The notes beneath the pieces were generated by a model. That model ran no database searches, was not told the origin of the DNA, and was given only the letters and a program-made list of their open reading frames with translations. Shown piece by piece: positions 10,241 to 19,232 of a stretch of 64,000 bases of DNA. Source of the stretch: Candidatus Azotimanducaceae bacterium. GTDB taxonomy: Bacteria; Pseudomonadota; Gammaproteobacteria; Pseudomonadales; Azotimanducaceae. Both the position numbers and the translations under genes were made by a program. Position 1 is the first letter of the stretch; every line of letters starts with the position of its first letter. The stretch spans positions 400,284-464,283 of the forward strand of contig OZ244128.1 in the NCBI GenBank assembly GCA_965215995.1. The letters are read 5' to 3'.

Positions 10241-10900
10241 ATGACGACTGAAATTGATTTCTACTGGGACATCGGCAGCACGAACACGTACTTCGCGCTG
10301 CATCTGATCCGGCCCATCGCTGCCCGACATGGCGCGACTATCCGGTACCAGCCTTTTAATCTCGGTTACGTGTTCCGGAAGCACAACTACCAACTCATGG
10401 AGGAACCCCGGGCCAAGCTCAGCAACCGACGGAGAGATCTGCAGCGTTGGGCCGCTCGTCACGATCTGCCGTTCAGGATGCCGGAGCAGTTTCCGATCAA
10501 GACCAGCCGGGCACTGCGCGGTTCCCTGGTGGCACGCCAGCACGACCTCGAGGAGGCCTATCTGGATGCAATCTTCAGCGCCTACTGGGAGCACAACGAT
10601 CCCTCTATCGCCGAGTACCGCGGCCTCACCCGGATCGCTCACGAGATCGGCCTGGATGCTGAGCGGTTCGAATCCGAATGCGAAAGCGAAGAAATCCGGG
10701 CTGGACTGGCTGAGGTGACGGAAAAAGCCATGGCCGAAGGTGTGTTCGGCGCCCCGACCTTCGTCATCGACGGCGAGATCTACTGGGGCAAGGATCGCTT
10801 CGAGTTCATCGAAGCGCACCTGGACGGCCATCCGGCGCTACCGCCTGTTCGCGACAGGGCAGACGACGCCTTTGCCGACCAGGTGAGAGAACGGGAGTAG
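10241..10900 (+). CDS. 2-hydroxychromene-2-carboxylate isomerase-like (DsbA-fold) protein
   Basis: 219 aa. IDFYWDIGSTNTYFA at the N-terminus and GVFGAPTFVIDGEIYWGKDR near the C-terminus are the HCCA isomerase / DsbA-like pattern. Confidence 0.8.
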   Translation: MTTEIDFYWDIGSTNTYFALHLIRPIAARHGATIRYQPFNLGYVFRKHNYQLMEEPRAKLSNRRRDLQRWAARHDLPFRMPEQFPIKTSRALRGSLVARQHDLEEAYLDAIFSAYWEHNDPSIAEYRGLTRIAHEIGLDAERFESECESEEIRAGLAEVTEKAMAEGVFGAPTFVIDGEIYWGKDRFEFIEAHLDGHPALPPVRDRADDAFADQVRERE

Positions 10901-10906
10901 GTCCGC

Positions 10907-11506
10907 TCAGCCTTCAGGGCAGAACTGGGCCCGCACCAACGCCCGCAATGTCTCCGGGTAGCTTCGCTTCATCTCGTTGAAGTACCGCTTACCGTACATG
11001 TTCGATAGGGTCGGCGCTGAAATCACCAGGTAGTTCACCGCGCCCAGAAACTGATAGACACAAGCCAGCGCCTGCGCATCGCTGAGATGGGCAGTCGGCT
11101 GATTGGCTTTCACCAGCGCGGTCAGCCGATCCAGATAGGGCTTCAGGTACCAGACCCCGGCCGATTCCGCACGTCGTCGGTTGTCGAGCAGCTCGCGCAT
11201 CAGAATCCGGGTGCTCTCCGTAGCTTCCAGCGACCCGGCGACACGCTCCACAAGCAACGATTCCAGTGCCTGATACGGATCTTCCTCCGACCCATCGAGT
11301 TGCTCGAGACCGGCCATGAGCTCACTGGAAATCTCCTCCAGCACCAGTCCATAGAGCTTCTCCTTGCTGCCGAAGTGATGCAGGAGCGCCTGTTTGGTCA
11401 GCCCCACCTCATCGGCGATGGCAGCAATGCTGGTGCCGTCGAAGCCTCGTTCGGAAAAGTGCCTGCGTGCCGTAGCGATGAATCTGGATCGGGTATCTGT
11501 GCTCAT
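10907..11506 (-). CDS. TetR/AcrR family transcriptional regulator
   Basis: HTH region FSERGFDGTSIAAIADEVGLTKQALLHHFGSKEKLY. The start is set at the ATG at 11506; the track ORF begins at GTG 11557, inside the operator region. Confidence 0.85.
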   Translation of the reverse strand: MSTDTRSRFIATARRHFSERGFDGTSIAAIADEVGLTKQALLHHFGSKEKLYGLVLEEISSELMAGLEQLDGSEEDPYQALESLLVERVAGSLEATESTRILMRELLDNRRRAESAGVWYLKPYLDRLTALVKANQPTAHLSDAQALACVYQFLGAVNYLVISAPTLSNMYGKRYFNEMKRSYPETLRALVRAQFCPEG

Positions 11507-11556
11507 GGTTTGGCCGAAAGCGAAAGTTCCTCGAATGGTACTGAACCCCTTGCGCA

Positions 11557-11572
11557 CTTACCACTTGGTAAG
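11557..11572. promoter_or_regulatory. candidate TetR operator 1 (CTTACCA-CT-TGGTAAG)
   Basis: Inverted 7-bp arms in the divergent spacer between the TetR gene and the crotonase gene. It is nearly identical to the second site 33 bp away. Confidence 0.55.
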
Positions 11573-11588
11573 GTATTCTCTGAACATG

Positions 11589-11606
11589 ACTTACCAATTG
11601 GTAAGT
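11589..11606. promoter_or_regulatory. candidate TetR operator 2 (perfect 18-bp palindrome ACTTACCAATTGGTAAGT)
   Basis: Perfect palindrome in the same spacer, sharing the CTTACCA/TGGTAAG half-sites with operator 1. Confidence 0.55.
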
Positions 11607-11669
11607 TCCCAGTAGGGCTCAGATAAGTAAATCGACCGCAGACAGCCAACCCAGAAACAGGAGACAGCC

Positions 11670-12554
11670 ATGAACGAAGTGCTTTACGAGAAGAACGATC
11701 GCATCGCCACCATCTCGCTGAACCGACCAGACAAGTACAACACCCTGCGTTACGAGGTCATTCGGGGGCTCAACGAACACCTCGAGGAAGCCAATCGGGA
11801 TCCTGATGTGCGGGTCATCATCCTGGAAGGTAAAGGAGACGCCTTCTGCGGCGGCTTCGATTTCTCGGGCGGACTCGAGCACTACGGCAATATCAAGGAA
11901 GAGAACTACGACCCCGGCATGGACGTGCTCGGGGTGACCGACCAGTACTCGAGTTACATCAACACCTTCATGGGCCTATGGCGCGGTGGCAAGCCGACCA
12001 TCTCCAAGGTGCACGGCTACTGCGTAGGCGGCGGCTCTGAGCTGGCGTTGTGCGCCGATCTGGTCGTCGCTTCCGACTGCGCCCGGTTCGGCACCCCCTA
12101 CGCCCGGGTCTGGGGCTGCCACCTGACCGGCATGTGGGTGTATCGGCTGGGTCTGGCCAAGGCCAAGTACTACGCGCTGACCGGCGAGTGGATCAGTGGC
12201 AAAGAAGCGGTCAAGGCCGAGCTGATCAACTTCTCCTACCCGCTGGAAGACCTGGATCGTGAAGTGCAGGCCCTGGCCGGGAAGCTGGCCCAGATCCCGC
12301 TGACTCAGCTCATCTCCATGAAGCTGATCGTCAACCAGACCTACGACAACATGGGGCTGCAGAGCACCCAGACCTTAGGTCCCATCCTGGACGGCATCAT
12401 GCGCAACACGCCGGAAGGGCGGCAGTTTGTGCGCACCGCAGCCTCCGAGGGTGTGCGCGGCGCCATCGAGCAGCGGGATGGGCCTTTCGCTGACTACAGC
12501 CAGGGTGCGCCGGAAGATCAGCCTCGTCGGCGGAGCGAGTTGAATCTGCCTTGA
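11670..12554 (+). CDS. enoyl-CoA hydratase/isomerase (crotonase) family protein
   Basis: 294 aa with the crotonase pattern IATISLNRPDKYNTL...GDAFCGGFDF. An AGGAGA RBS lies upstream. Confidence 0.85.
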   Translation: MNEVLYEKNDRIATISLNRPDKYNTLRYEVIRGLNEHLEEANRDPDVRVIILEGKGDAFCGGFDFSGGLEHYGNIKEENYDPGMDVLGVTDQYSSYINTFMGLWRGGKPTISKVHGYCVGGGSELALCADLVVASDCARFGTPYARVWGCHLTGMWVYRLGLAKAKYYALTGEWISGKEAVKAELINFSYPLEDLDREVQALAGKLAQIPLTQLISMKLIVNQTYDNMGLQSTQTLGPILDGIMRNTPEGRQFVRTAASEGVRGAIEQRDGPFADYSQGAPEDQPRRRSELNLP

Positions 12555-12628
12555 ACACGGGACAGGGAACGGTCACGGAAATCCGGTAAACTCGCATCCC
12601 TTTCCCAGGGACCAACAGAGAGATTGCC

Positions 12629-13444
12629 ATGGCCGTCACACCTTCCAGCACCGATGAGCTCCTGGTCGAGCAGAAAGAGCAAATCTGCGTCATCACCCTG
12701 AACCGGCCCGAACGCCTGAACGCCATCAGCCGGCCTATGCTCGCTGAGTTGTCGGCCAAGGTGGTGGAGGCGAACAAGGATCCGGACACGCGTTGCATCG
12801 TCCTGACCGGAGCCGGTCGCGGTTTCTGTTCCGGCCTCGACCTGATCGACACCAGCGACAACCTGGATGCACGCCAAGGTAAAGGTCAGAACCGACCCCG
12901 TCAGCTGTTCGACCTGCGTGATGCGCCCATCAACGTGATGTGGAGCGTAGATACGCCCATCATCTGCGCCATCAACGGCGCCGCTGCCGGCTACGGCATG
13001 GACATGACGTTGCTTTGCGATATGCGGATTGCCTCCGAGAACGCCAAGATGGCGGCGGTGACGGCAAAGCGCAACGTGGTGCCGGAATCCGGTGGCACCT
13101 GGCTGCTGCCGCGTCTGATTGGCTGGGCCAAGACGGCCGAGCTCTACTACCGGGCCAGAACGCTGAACGCCGAAGAAGCGTTGGAAATGGGCCTGGTCAA
13201 CGCGGTGGTCCCGGCAGACGAGCTGATGGACACCGCCATGCAGTGGGCCCAGGAAGTGGCAGACAACGCCCCCATGGCCGTGCAAACCACCAAGCGGATG
13301 ATGCGCATGGGGCTGGAAGAGTCCTACGACACGGCCGTCGACCACCTGATGGTGCACTTAAACGGCATGTTCCAGAGCGAGGACTTCGAGGAAGGCCTGA
13401 AGGCGTTCATGGAGAAGCGCAAGCCGAACTTCACCGGCCGATAG
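12629..13444 (+). CDS. enoyl-CoA hydratase/isomerase (crotonase) family protein
   Basis: 271 aa with ICVITLNRPERLNAI...GRGFCSGLDL and a C-terminal EGLKAFMEKRKPNF motif. Confidence 0.9.
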   Translation: MAVTPSSTDELLVEQKEQICVITLNRPERLNAISRPMLAELSAKVVEANKDPDTRCIVLTGAGRGFCSGLDLIDTSDNLDARQGKGQNRPRQLFDLRDAPINVMWSVDTPIICAINGAAAGYGMDMTLLCDMRIASENAKMAAVTAKRNVVPESGGTWLLPRLIGWAKTAELYYRARTLNAEEALEMGLVNAVVPADELMDTAMQWAQEVADNAPMAVQTTKRMMRMGLEESYDTAVDHLMVHLNGMFQSEDFEEGLKAFMEKRKPNFTGR

Positions 13445-13514
13445 GCCGCGGACGTCTAGGCCACGGACACTAAGCCGCCGACGCTCGCAACCAGGCGGCG
13501 GCCACCGTCAGCCC

Positions 13515-14585
13515 TCAGCGGAGAAACTCTTCTGCGTCCAGATCGAGCGCGTGCTGGGCATGCCGGCGTGCCATGACGGTGAACATGTCATCGCCGCGCT
13601 CGGTCTGCTGCACGATCATTGAGGCGATCACGGTGACGCCGAAGCCGCAGAAGGTGCCTTTCCGGTAACCGGTCCAGCAGTCCTGCCAGCCGAAGTCCAC
13701 GCCAGCAGCGTTGAGGGCTGCGTGGTAGTCGCGGACGATCTCTTTCTCCGCCTCCCGACGCACTTCAGGCAGAAGACCTGCGCCGAGGAAGTACGCCACA
13801 TCGTTCATCGGCGGCCCGAGCCGCAGGCTCTGCCAGTCCACCACGGTGACTTTCAGTGGCGACTGGTGAGCGTCGATCAACATGTTGTCCAGTCGGTAGT
13901 CCACGTGCTCGAGACAGAAGGGCATCTCGGACGGTTTGAAGAGCGGGCAATCAGGGTAATCGCCTACTCGGGCGATGATGGCCTTCTCATCATCTTCAAG
14001 CCGGTGGCCAAACCGATCCAGAAAACCAGGCACCAGTTGCTGATAGAGCGATCCGGTGGTCACCTCGCCCTCCTGGCGTGCATAGAGCCAGTCGTACTCT
14101 TTCAGAGATTCATCGCACCAGCTCGGCGCCTGCAGACCGACGAGCTCCAGCACGGCTGCTCGTGCCACCTCAACGCTGCAACCACCGAGCTGGTCGCCCT
14201 GCTCGGCCGGCGCCATGTCCTCCATCAACAGCACGAACTCGGGTCCTTCACCTTCGATAGCATCAAAGTAGATCTGCGGCAGTGAGATGCTCAGCCGATC
14301 AGCCAGATGGCGATAGAACTGTACCTCCCGGTAGTAGTTGCGCAGCTGCACGCCCGTGGCCCGGCTGATCGGATCGTCGGACGGGAACTTGCCGACGAAG
14401 GTCCGCGGCGCCGCCGGCGTCTCGTTCGCGAACGTGAGCTCAAAGCGAAAACAGGTGCCGATCTGGCCCGTGCCGATCTGCTGCCGGGCGACGCTGGCCA
14501 CCTGCTCATCCGGAAAGCCGTTCTCGGCGAGCCGCTCGGCAAACCAGGCCGAATCCATCTTTTCTGGACCTACTACCGCGCTCAT
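13515..14585 (-). CDS. phosphotransferase (APH / ecdysteroid-kinase-like) family protein
   Basis: 356 aa. It has the kinase-like catalytic region CLEHVDYRLDNMLI (H-x-D-x4-N) and VTVVDWQ. Confidence 0.75.
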   Translation of the reverse strand: MSAVVGPEKMDSAWFAERLAENGFPDEQVASVARQQIGTGQIGTCFRFELTFANETPAAPRTFVGKFPSDDPISRATGVQLRNYYREVQFYRHLADRLSISLPQIYFDAIEGEGPEFVLLMEDMAPAEQGDQLGGCSVEVARAAVLELVGLQAPSWCDESLKEYDWLYARQEGEVTTGSLYQQLVPGFLDRFGHRLEDDEKAIIARVGDYPDCPLFKPSEMPFCLEHVDYRLDNMLIDAHQSPLKVTVVDWQSLRLGPPMNDVAYFLGAGLLPEVRREAEKEIVRDYHAALNAAGVDFGWQDCWTGYRKGTFCGFGVTVIASMIVQQTERGDDMFTVMARRHAQHALDLDAEEFLR

Positions 14586-14707
14586 TCATTCTCCTCTCAT
14601 CACTGCCGGGTACCGCTGAAATCCGGCTCCCGCTTCTCCACCGCCTAATCGTGACTTGCATCCACCCAGTTTGTAAAATGACACCCTGTCACCTCAATCG
14701 ATCAACG

Positions 14708-15364
14708 ATGCCTACCTCCAGCCGTTCGCGCACCCGACGCGCCGTTTCAGCCAAAGATAAGTCAGCACGCCGTGCGGCCATCCTTACCGCGGCGGACGCG
14801 CACTTCCGGGCAGTCGGTTTCGAGAAGTTCTCGATGGAGGTTCTTTCCAGGGAACTGGAAGTGGCCCGTGGGACGCTATACCGCTACTTCAGCACCCGTG
14901 AAGAGCTGCTGTTGAGCCTCTATCTGCACCAGCAGGAGCAGTTTGTCGAAAATCTGATTGAAGCCGCTGGCGACGGCATCGGTGATCGTGACTTCCTGCA
15001 GGCCTGGTACGACCTGTCGCTGACAGATCCGACCCTGATTGCTCTGCGACTCCGCCTGACCAGCGTAATCGAGCACAACGTGGACCAACATGTTCTGCTG
15101 GAAACCAAGCTCGCCATGACCGAATCCTTCGAACGGCTCTCCGCGAACCTGGCTCGTGCGCTGACCCTCCCGCAGCAGCAGACGGAGCACCTCATCATTG
15201 CTCTGCTCGCGCTTCTATTAGGCGCGGTTCAAGCGGACGCTTCCCCGGCGATGGACTTCTCGAGCTTTCCGGCTGAAGCCCAGCGCATCATGTCCTGCTT
15301 TGCCAGCAGGGAAGTGTTCTTGAGCAACGGCGAGCTGATCCTTCGCGGCTTGCGCAGCGATTGA
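14708..15364 (+). CDS. TetR/AcrR family transcriptional regulator
   Basis: HTH region FRAVGFEKFSMEVLSRELEVARGTLYRYFSTREEL. The start is set at the ATG at 14708 (track ORF begins at GTG 14651). Confidence 0.85.
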   Translation: MPTSSRSRTRRAVSAKDKSARRAAILTAADAHFRAVGFEKFSMEVLSRELEVARGTLYRYFSTREELLLSLYLHQQEQFVENLIEAAGDGIGDRDFLQAWYDLSLTDPTLIALRLRLTSVIEHNVDQHVLLETKLAMTESFERLSANLARALTLPQQQTEHLIIALLALLLGAVQADASPAMDFSSFPAEAQRIMSCFASREVFLSNGELILRGLRSD

Positions 15365-15367
15365 GAC

Positions 15368-16492
15368 TCAGCTCGCACCATCCAGCAGATCCTGGAAGCC
15401 CGCCGGGGCATAGGGGCCGATCACGATCTGCTCGAGCACGCCGATGCCCGTTCGCTCCCCATCGCTCGCTGTCATCACCTGCTGCACGTGGACGTTCTCC
15501 GGAGCCAGCAGATCAAGCTCCGCAGGATCGAAAGACTCGTGCCCCGTCGCCAACTCACCCTGCCACGCCCCCTGCTTCCAGACCGGGTGGCCATAGCCAA
15601 GCCCTTTGAACTGGAACCTGAGCGTGGGCTCCAGACAGATGGTCCGCTTAGCGCCGTCCAGCTCGATCAGATCGATCTCCGCATACCGGGCGAGTCGTGT
15701 GCCAGGATGGTATTCAACCCGGTGCACGGCTCCGGCCTTCCGGTCGACCATTCCATCTTCCACGCCCGGCACATCGGCCTCGCTGGCATACAGTGGCGCC
15801 GTGAGCCCTTCGCGAACCAGTGCTTCGCCGCGCGAACCATCGAAGAAGATGGCATGGGAGATGTGGTCTTCCCAGAACAAGGGTGCCCACAGAAAGAAGA
15901 ATCCCCCGACGGGTTGCGGTGCGCCATCGCGAACCGGTTCGCCCACACCACGCACCCCCCAGGAACGGTCCTTGGTGGCGTGGCAGACGTCAGGGTCGAC
16001 CTTGATCTCACCTTCCGGCGTTGCGATGGTGCCTTCCCAGCGCCCGAACTGGTCGAACCGGGTGGCATCCATGACTCGCTGCGCACCGCGCCAGAGCGTC
16101 TGCCGTCCTTCCTGGATGGCTGCCGTTCTCGCGCTGAAGGTGACATCACAGGCCAGACCACTTTCGTTCTCTTCCAGAATTACCCGGGATCGCCGCATGG
16201 GCTCGATCACCTCGATGCGAAGTGGACCCACGCTCATATCCGTTCGCTCATCCGGTGCTCGCCGTGAACCGTAGAAGCAGTGTTGCAGCCCACCGGGGCG
16301 CACCACACTGAACGCAGCATCCTGCACCGAGCGGTGCGGGTATACGGCCATACCGAGCCCGAAGTAGTAACTCGAGTCAACGGCGTAGCCGTTGAACCAG
16401 GTACGGTCGTAGACGTTCCGGTCACTGGTTGCCGCCTGAGCCAGCGGTTCCGGGGTCTGATGGACCGGAAAGTCATCCAGTTTGTTCAGCAT
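15368..16492 (-). CDS. conserved hypothetical protein (374 aa)
   Basis: Long ORF with coding-like composition and N-terminus MLNKLDDFPVHQTPEPLAQAATSDRNVYDRTWFNGY. I cannot assign a family from memory. Confidence 0.7.
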   Translation of the reverse strand: MLNKLDDFPVHQTPEPLAQAATSDRNVYDRTWFNGYAVDSSYYFGLGMAVYPHRSVQDAAFSVVRPGGLQHCFYGSRRAPDERTDMSVGPLRIEVIEPMRRSRVILEENESGLACDVTFSARTAAIQEGRQTLWRGAQRVMDATRFDQFGRWEGTIATPEGEIKVDPDVCHATKDRSWGVRGVGEPVRDGAPQPVGGFFFLWAPLFWEDHISHAIFFDGSRGEALVREGLTAPLYASEADVPGVEDGMVDRKAGAVHRVEYHPGTRLARYAEIDLIELDGAKRTICLEPTLRFQFKGLGYGHPVWKQGAWQGELATGHESFDPAELDLLAPENVHVQQVMTASDGERTGIGVLEQIVIGPYAPAGFQDLLDGAS

Positions 16493-16516
16493 CTCTCACT
16501 CCTCCTGTTGGATTTA

Positions 16517-17173
16517 TCAACGTGTCATCGCATTCTCATGAACATGGGAATCACTCCGGTCGACAGCAATCCAGGCGCGTGCGCCGGGCGTCGAGAAGGT
16601 CCAACTCGCCGCACCCCAACTGGCATGCACGGACCAACCAACCTGCCGATAGAGCGGATCGCGTTTGATAGACGCCCAGGAGGCCAGATTGGTCCGGTTG
16701 ATGTAAGCAATGCCCCGTGGAGTGCCGTCGGTCAGCGACAGCGTATCCAAATACGTTCGCATCTGCTCGAATAGCCGCAGACCCCGCGCTTCAGGGTGAA
16801 TCCAGGTTTTGAATCCGTAGAAGGTATTCGGTTGCGTCAATCGCATCCGCATACCGGGCATGAACTCGAGGGCACCCTGCGTGCGCCAGGTAAATCCGAG
16901 CAACTGATTCTGTCTGCGAACGACCAGACAGGTGTCTCCCTGAGCCGTTGCCTTTTCAACGAACGCACTGCTGACCATCGAGTGATCGTCGGCAAGCTCT
17001 TTCATACCGGCCTCATCCAGCACCTCGAATTCGAAGCCTTCTGATGGTTCAGGAAAACGCGTCTGCTCAGGATCAATCTCTCGCAGGCATATGCGCCAGA
17101 GGTGGACGTGTCCGTAACGCCCCACGCGTACCCAGAAAGCCTTGGAAAAGCGCTTGAGCCAAGCTATCGCCAT
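16517..17173 (-). CDS. hypothetical protein, possibly with an acyltransferase (GNAT-like) fold
   Basis: 218-aa ORF 24 nt upstream of the previous gene on the same strand. The GNAT-like assignment is weak and rests only on length and pattern. Confidence 0.55.
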   Translation of the reverse strand: MAIAWLKRFSKAFWVRVGRYGHVHLWRICLREIDPEQTRFPEPSEGFEFEVLDEAGMKELADDHSMVSSAFVEKATAQGDTCLVVRRQNQLLGFTWRTQGALEFMPGMRMRLTQPNTFYGFKTWIHPEARGLRLFEQMRTYLDTLSLTDGTPRGIAYINRTNLASWASIKRDPLYRQVGWSVHASWGAASWTFSTPGARAWIAVDRSDSHVHENAMTR

Positions 17174-17200
17174 TTTGTTGCGCAGGCCTGTCGGGGAAAT

Positions 17201-17214
17201 TGAATCCGGATTCA
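17201..17214. promoter_or_regulatory. 14-bp perfect palindrome TGAATCCGGATTCA in a divergent spacer
   Basis: Perfect palindrome between the divergent genes 16517-17173 (-) and 17278-18180 (+). Confidence 0.3.
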
Positions 17215-17277
17215 GTATATTCTAGTCTGACCGGCTCCATTTTATTACCTGCGACCGATGAAGGGGACACGAGAGAA

Positions 17278-18180
17278 ATGAGCGAGTTCAAAGATAAAGT
17301 AGTTGTGATAACGGGTGCCGGCGGCGGTCTCGGCAAAGCCCATGCCCTGGAGTTCGCCAAGCGTGGCGCCAAGGTGGTGGTGAACGATCTGGGCGGCGCC
17401 GGGGATGGCACCGGCTCTTCCGACATGGCTGACGCAGTGGTTGAGGAGATCAAGGCTGCTGGCGGTGCGGCCATCGCCAACAAGGCAAGCGTATCCGACA
17501 AGGCGGGCGCCAAATCCATCATTGATGACGCCGTTGCTGAATTCGGCACCGTCGACATCCTGGTCAACAACGCCGGCATTCTGCGCGACAAGAGCTTCAA
17601 GAACATGGACCTGGCCGACTGGGACATCGTCATGGACGTGCACCTGAACGGCACCGCCTATGTCACCCATGCTGCCTGGCCGATCATGTATGAGAAGAAC
17701 TATGGTCGGATCGTGATGACCTCCTCCACCTCGGGTGTTTACGGCAACTTCGGTCAGGCCAACTACGGCGCAGCGAAGATGGGCATGCTCGGCCTGATGA
17801 ACGTGCTGTCCAAAGAAGGCGCCGCGAAAAACGTGCGTGTGAACTGCCTCGCACCCGCGGCTGAAACCCGCCTCATCGGCACCATCCCCGGCCGGGAAGT
17901 CAATCCGGACAACCCGGACCCGTCCAGACACCCGCGTCTCGTCACCCCGGCCGTGCTGCTGATGTGCTCCGAAGATGCCCCGAACGGTGTCACCATTCAG
18001 GCCGGCAACGGTCGCTTCTCCTGTGCAGCTGTGTTCAACAACGACGACATCGAACTTGGCTCGGAAGTGACCTATGAGGACCTGCTGGACCACAAGGACG
18101 ATCTTCTCGACATGACTGCTGCCAGCGAAGGCTGGACCTGGATGAAGAAGATGATGGCGGAGCGGCAGAACAAGTCCTGA
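17278..18180 (+). CDS. short-chain dehydrogenase, MFE-2 / 3-hydroxyacyl-CoA dehydrogenase-like
   Basis: VVVITGAGGGLGKAHALEFAKRGAKVVVNDLG and NYGAAK (YxxxK). The start is trimmed from TTG 17200 to the ATG at 17278. Confidence 0.85.
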   Translation: MSEFKDKVVVITGAGGGLGKAHALEFAKRGAKVVVNDLGGAGDGTGSSDMADAVVEEIKAAGGAAIANKASVSDKAGAKSIIDDAVAEFGTVDILVNNAGILRDKSFKNMDLADWDIVMDVHLNGTAYVTHAAWPIMYEKNYGRIVMTSSTSGVYGNFGQANYGAAKMGMLGLMNVLSKEGAAKNVRVNCLAPAAETRLIGTIPGREVNPDNPDPSRHPRLVTPAVLLMCSEDAPNGVTIQAGNGRFSCAAVFNNDDIELGSEVTYEDLLDHKDDLLDMTAASEGWTWMKKMMAERQNKS

Positions 18181-18202
18181 GCGGAGATAGAAAGCAGACG
18201 AA

Positions 18203-18226
18203 GCCGCGCTGCTAAGGTAGCGCGGC
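18203..18226. terminator. GC-rich hairpin between convergent genes (possible bidirectional terminator)
   Basis: GCCGCGCT-gctaaggt-AGCGCGGC, an 8-bp perfect stem. There is no U-tract. Confidence 0.35.
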
Positions 18227-18227
18227 G

Positions 18228-19187
18228 CTAACCATCGTCCAGACACACCTTCAGGATGCGCCGGGCAGTTTCATTCTCGAGCACCGGTTCGAGATCTGTC
18301 GTCGATTCATCGAGCTTCTGCAGTCGCAGCACATCGCCGGCCCTGAATCCCGGCAACCATCCGCAGAAAAGGAATCCCTGCCTGCGTGCCGCCTCGACAC
18401 CCTCCGCCACGGCCGGGTCGGCCAGGCTGAAGTCAATCTGCCGGCATGGCGCCTGGCTGCGCCCGAGCAAATCGATCGCGTCCAGCGACGATTGACCCAC
18501 CGACCGGACATCGAGACGCGCGAGACCGCGCTTAACATACCGCCGAACGCTGCACTGCCCAGCACCACTGCTCCGAGCGTCTGAGATCTGCCAGCGACGG
18601 GGCAATCCCGTTGGTAATGCCAGGTCAGGCACAAGATCCGCATAGGCTGCCGGCACAAAACCTTCGAAGGGCGCTCCGGCGGTATAGGGCTCGTAGACTA
18701 TGGTGGCCGCCTGGCGTTTTGGCGTCGACGCTCTGTCATTCGCGACCTTGCCGTGTGTTTCCGCGGGGATGTAGCCAAGCATAAGGCCCGTCTCGAATCC
18801 CGCCTTCACCGACTGCCGCTGCATGATGTGGTGATCTGTGGTTGGGTAGTGCAGAAATCCCTGGTAGCCCAGCTCACGGCACCAGGTGGACAACTCAGCG
18901 CCAACCTGCCAGGCCAGACCGCCCCCGCGAGCAGCCGGATCCACCACCGTATTGCCCAGCTCGACTACGCTTGCAGCCGGATGCACCGACATGGCCATAT
19001 GTCCGAGCACCAGACCTTCTGAGTCCACGGCACCCACGCAGCCTACCCTGCCCTCGCGCATGGCCTCTGCCAACCCGGCCGGATCGTAAAAAAGCTCGTT
19101 GGCGTAGCTGTCGCCGTAGACCCGCTGGAAGCAGCCGACGACCGCCTCCGCATCCTCCGGGCCCAGCCTGCGTACGGTCAGCGTCAT
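18228..19187 (-). CDS. GNAT family N-acetyltransferase with C-terminal extension
   Basis: 319 aa. The N-terminal half carries a GNAT core (VELGNTVVDPAARGGGLAWQVGAEL). Confidence 0.7.
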   Translation of the reverse strand: MTLTVRRLGPEDAEAVVGCFQRVYGDSYANELFYDPAGLAEAMREGRVGCVGAVDSEGLVLGHMAMSVHPAASVVELGNTVVDPAARGGGLAWQVGAELSTWCRELGYQGFLHYPTTDHHIMQRQSVKAGFETGLMLGYIPAETHGKVANDRASTPKRQAATIVYEPYTAGAPFEGFVPAAYADLVPDLALPTGLPRRWQISDARSSGAGQCSVRRYVKRGLARLDVRSVGQSSLDAIDLLGRSQAPCRQIDFSLADPAVAEGVEAARRQGFLFCGWLPGFRAGDVLRLQKLDESTTDLEPVLENETARRILKVCLDDG

Positions 19188-19232
19188 CTCCTACGCAGCC
19201 TTGATCCTCAACTGATCCCTTCCCGCGATCGA

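Noticed and set aside
13445-13514. GCCGCC...GGCGGC hairpin between convergent genes as a terminator
   Set aside because: It has a short 6-bp GC stem and no U-tract on either strand. That is not strong enough to annotate.
17245-18246. 333-aa minus-strand ORF, and similar long antisense ORFs at 12518-13357, 26220-27302, 56444-57475, 60236-61024, 19950-20720 and 43698-44291
   Set aside because: Each lies opposite a gene with clear family motifs. The products are low-complexity Arg/Gly/His/Val-rich sequences. This is the expected high-GC stop-codon depletion.
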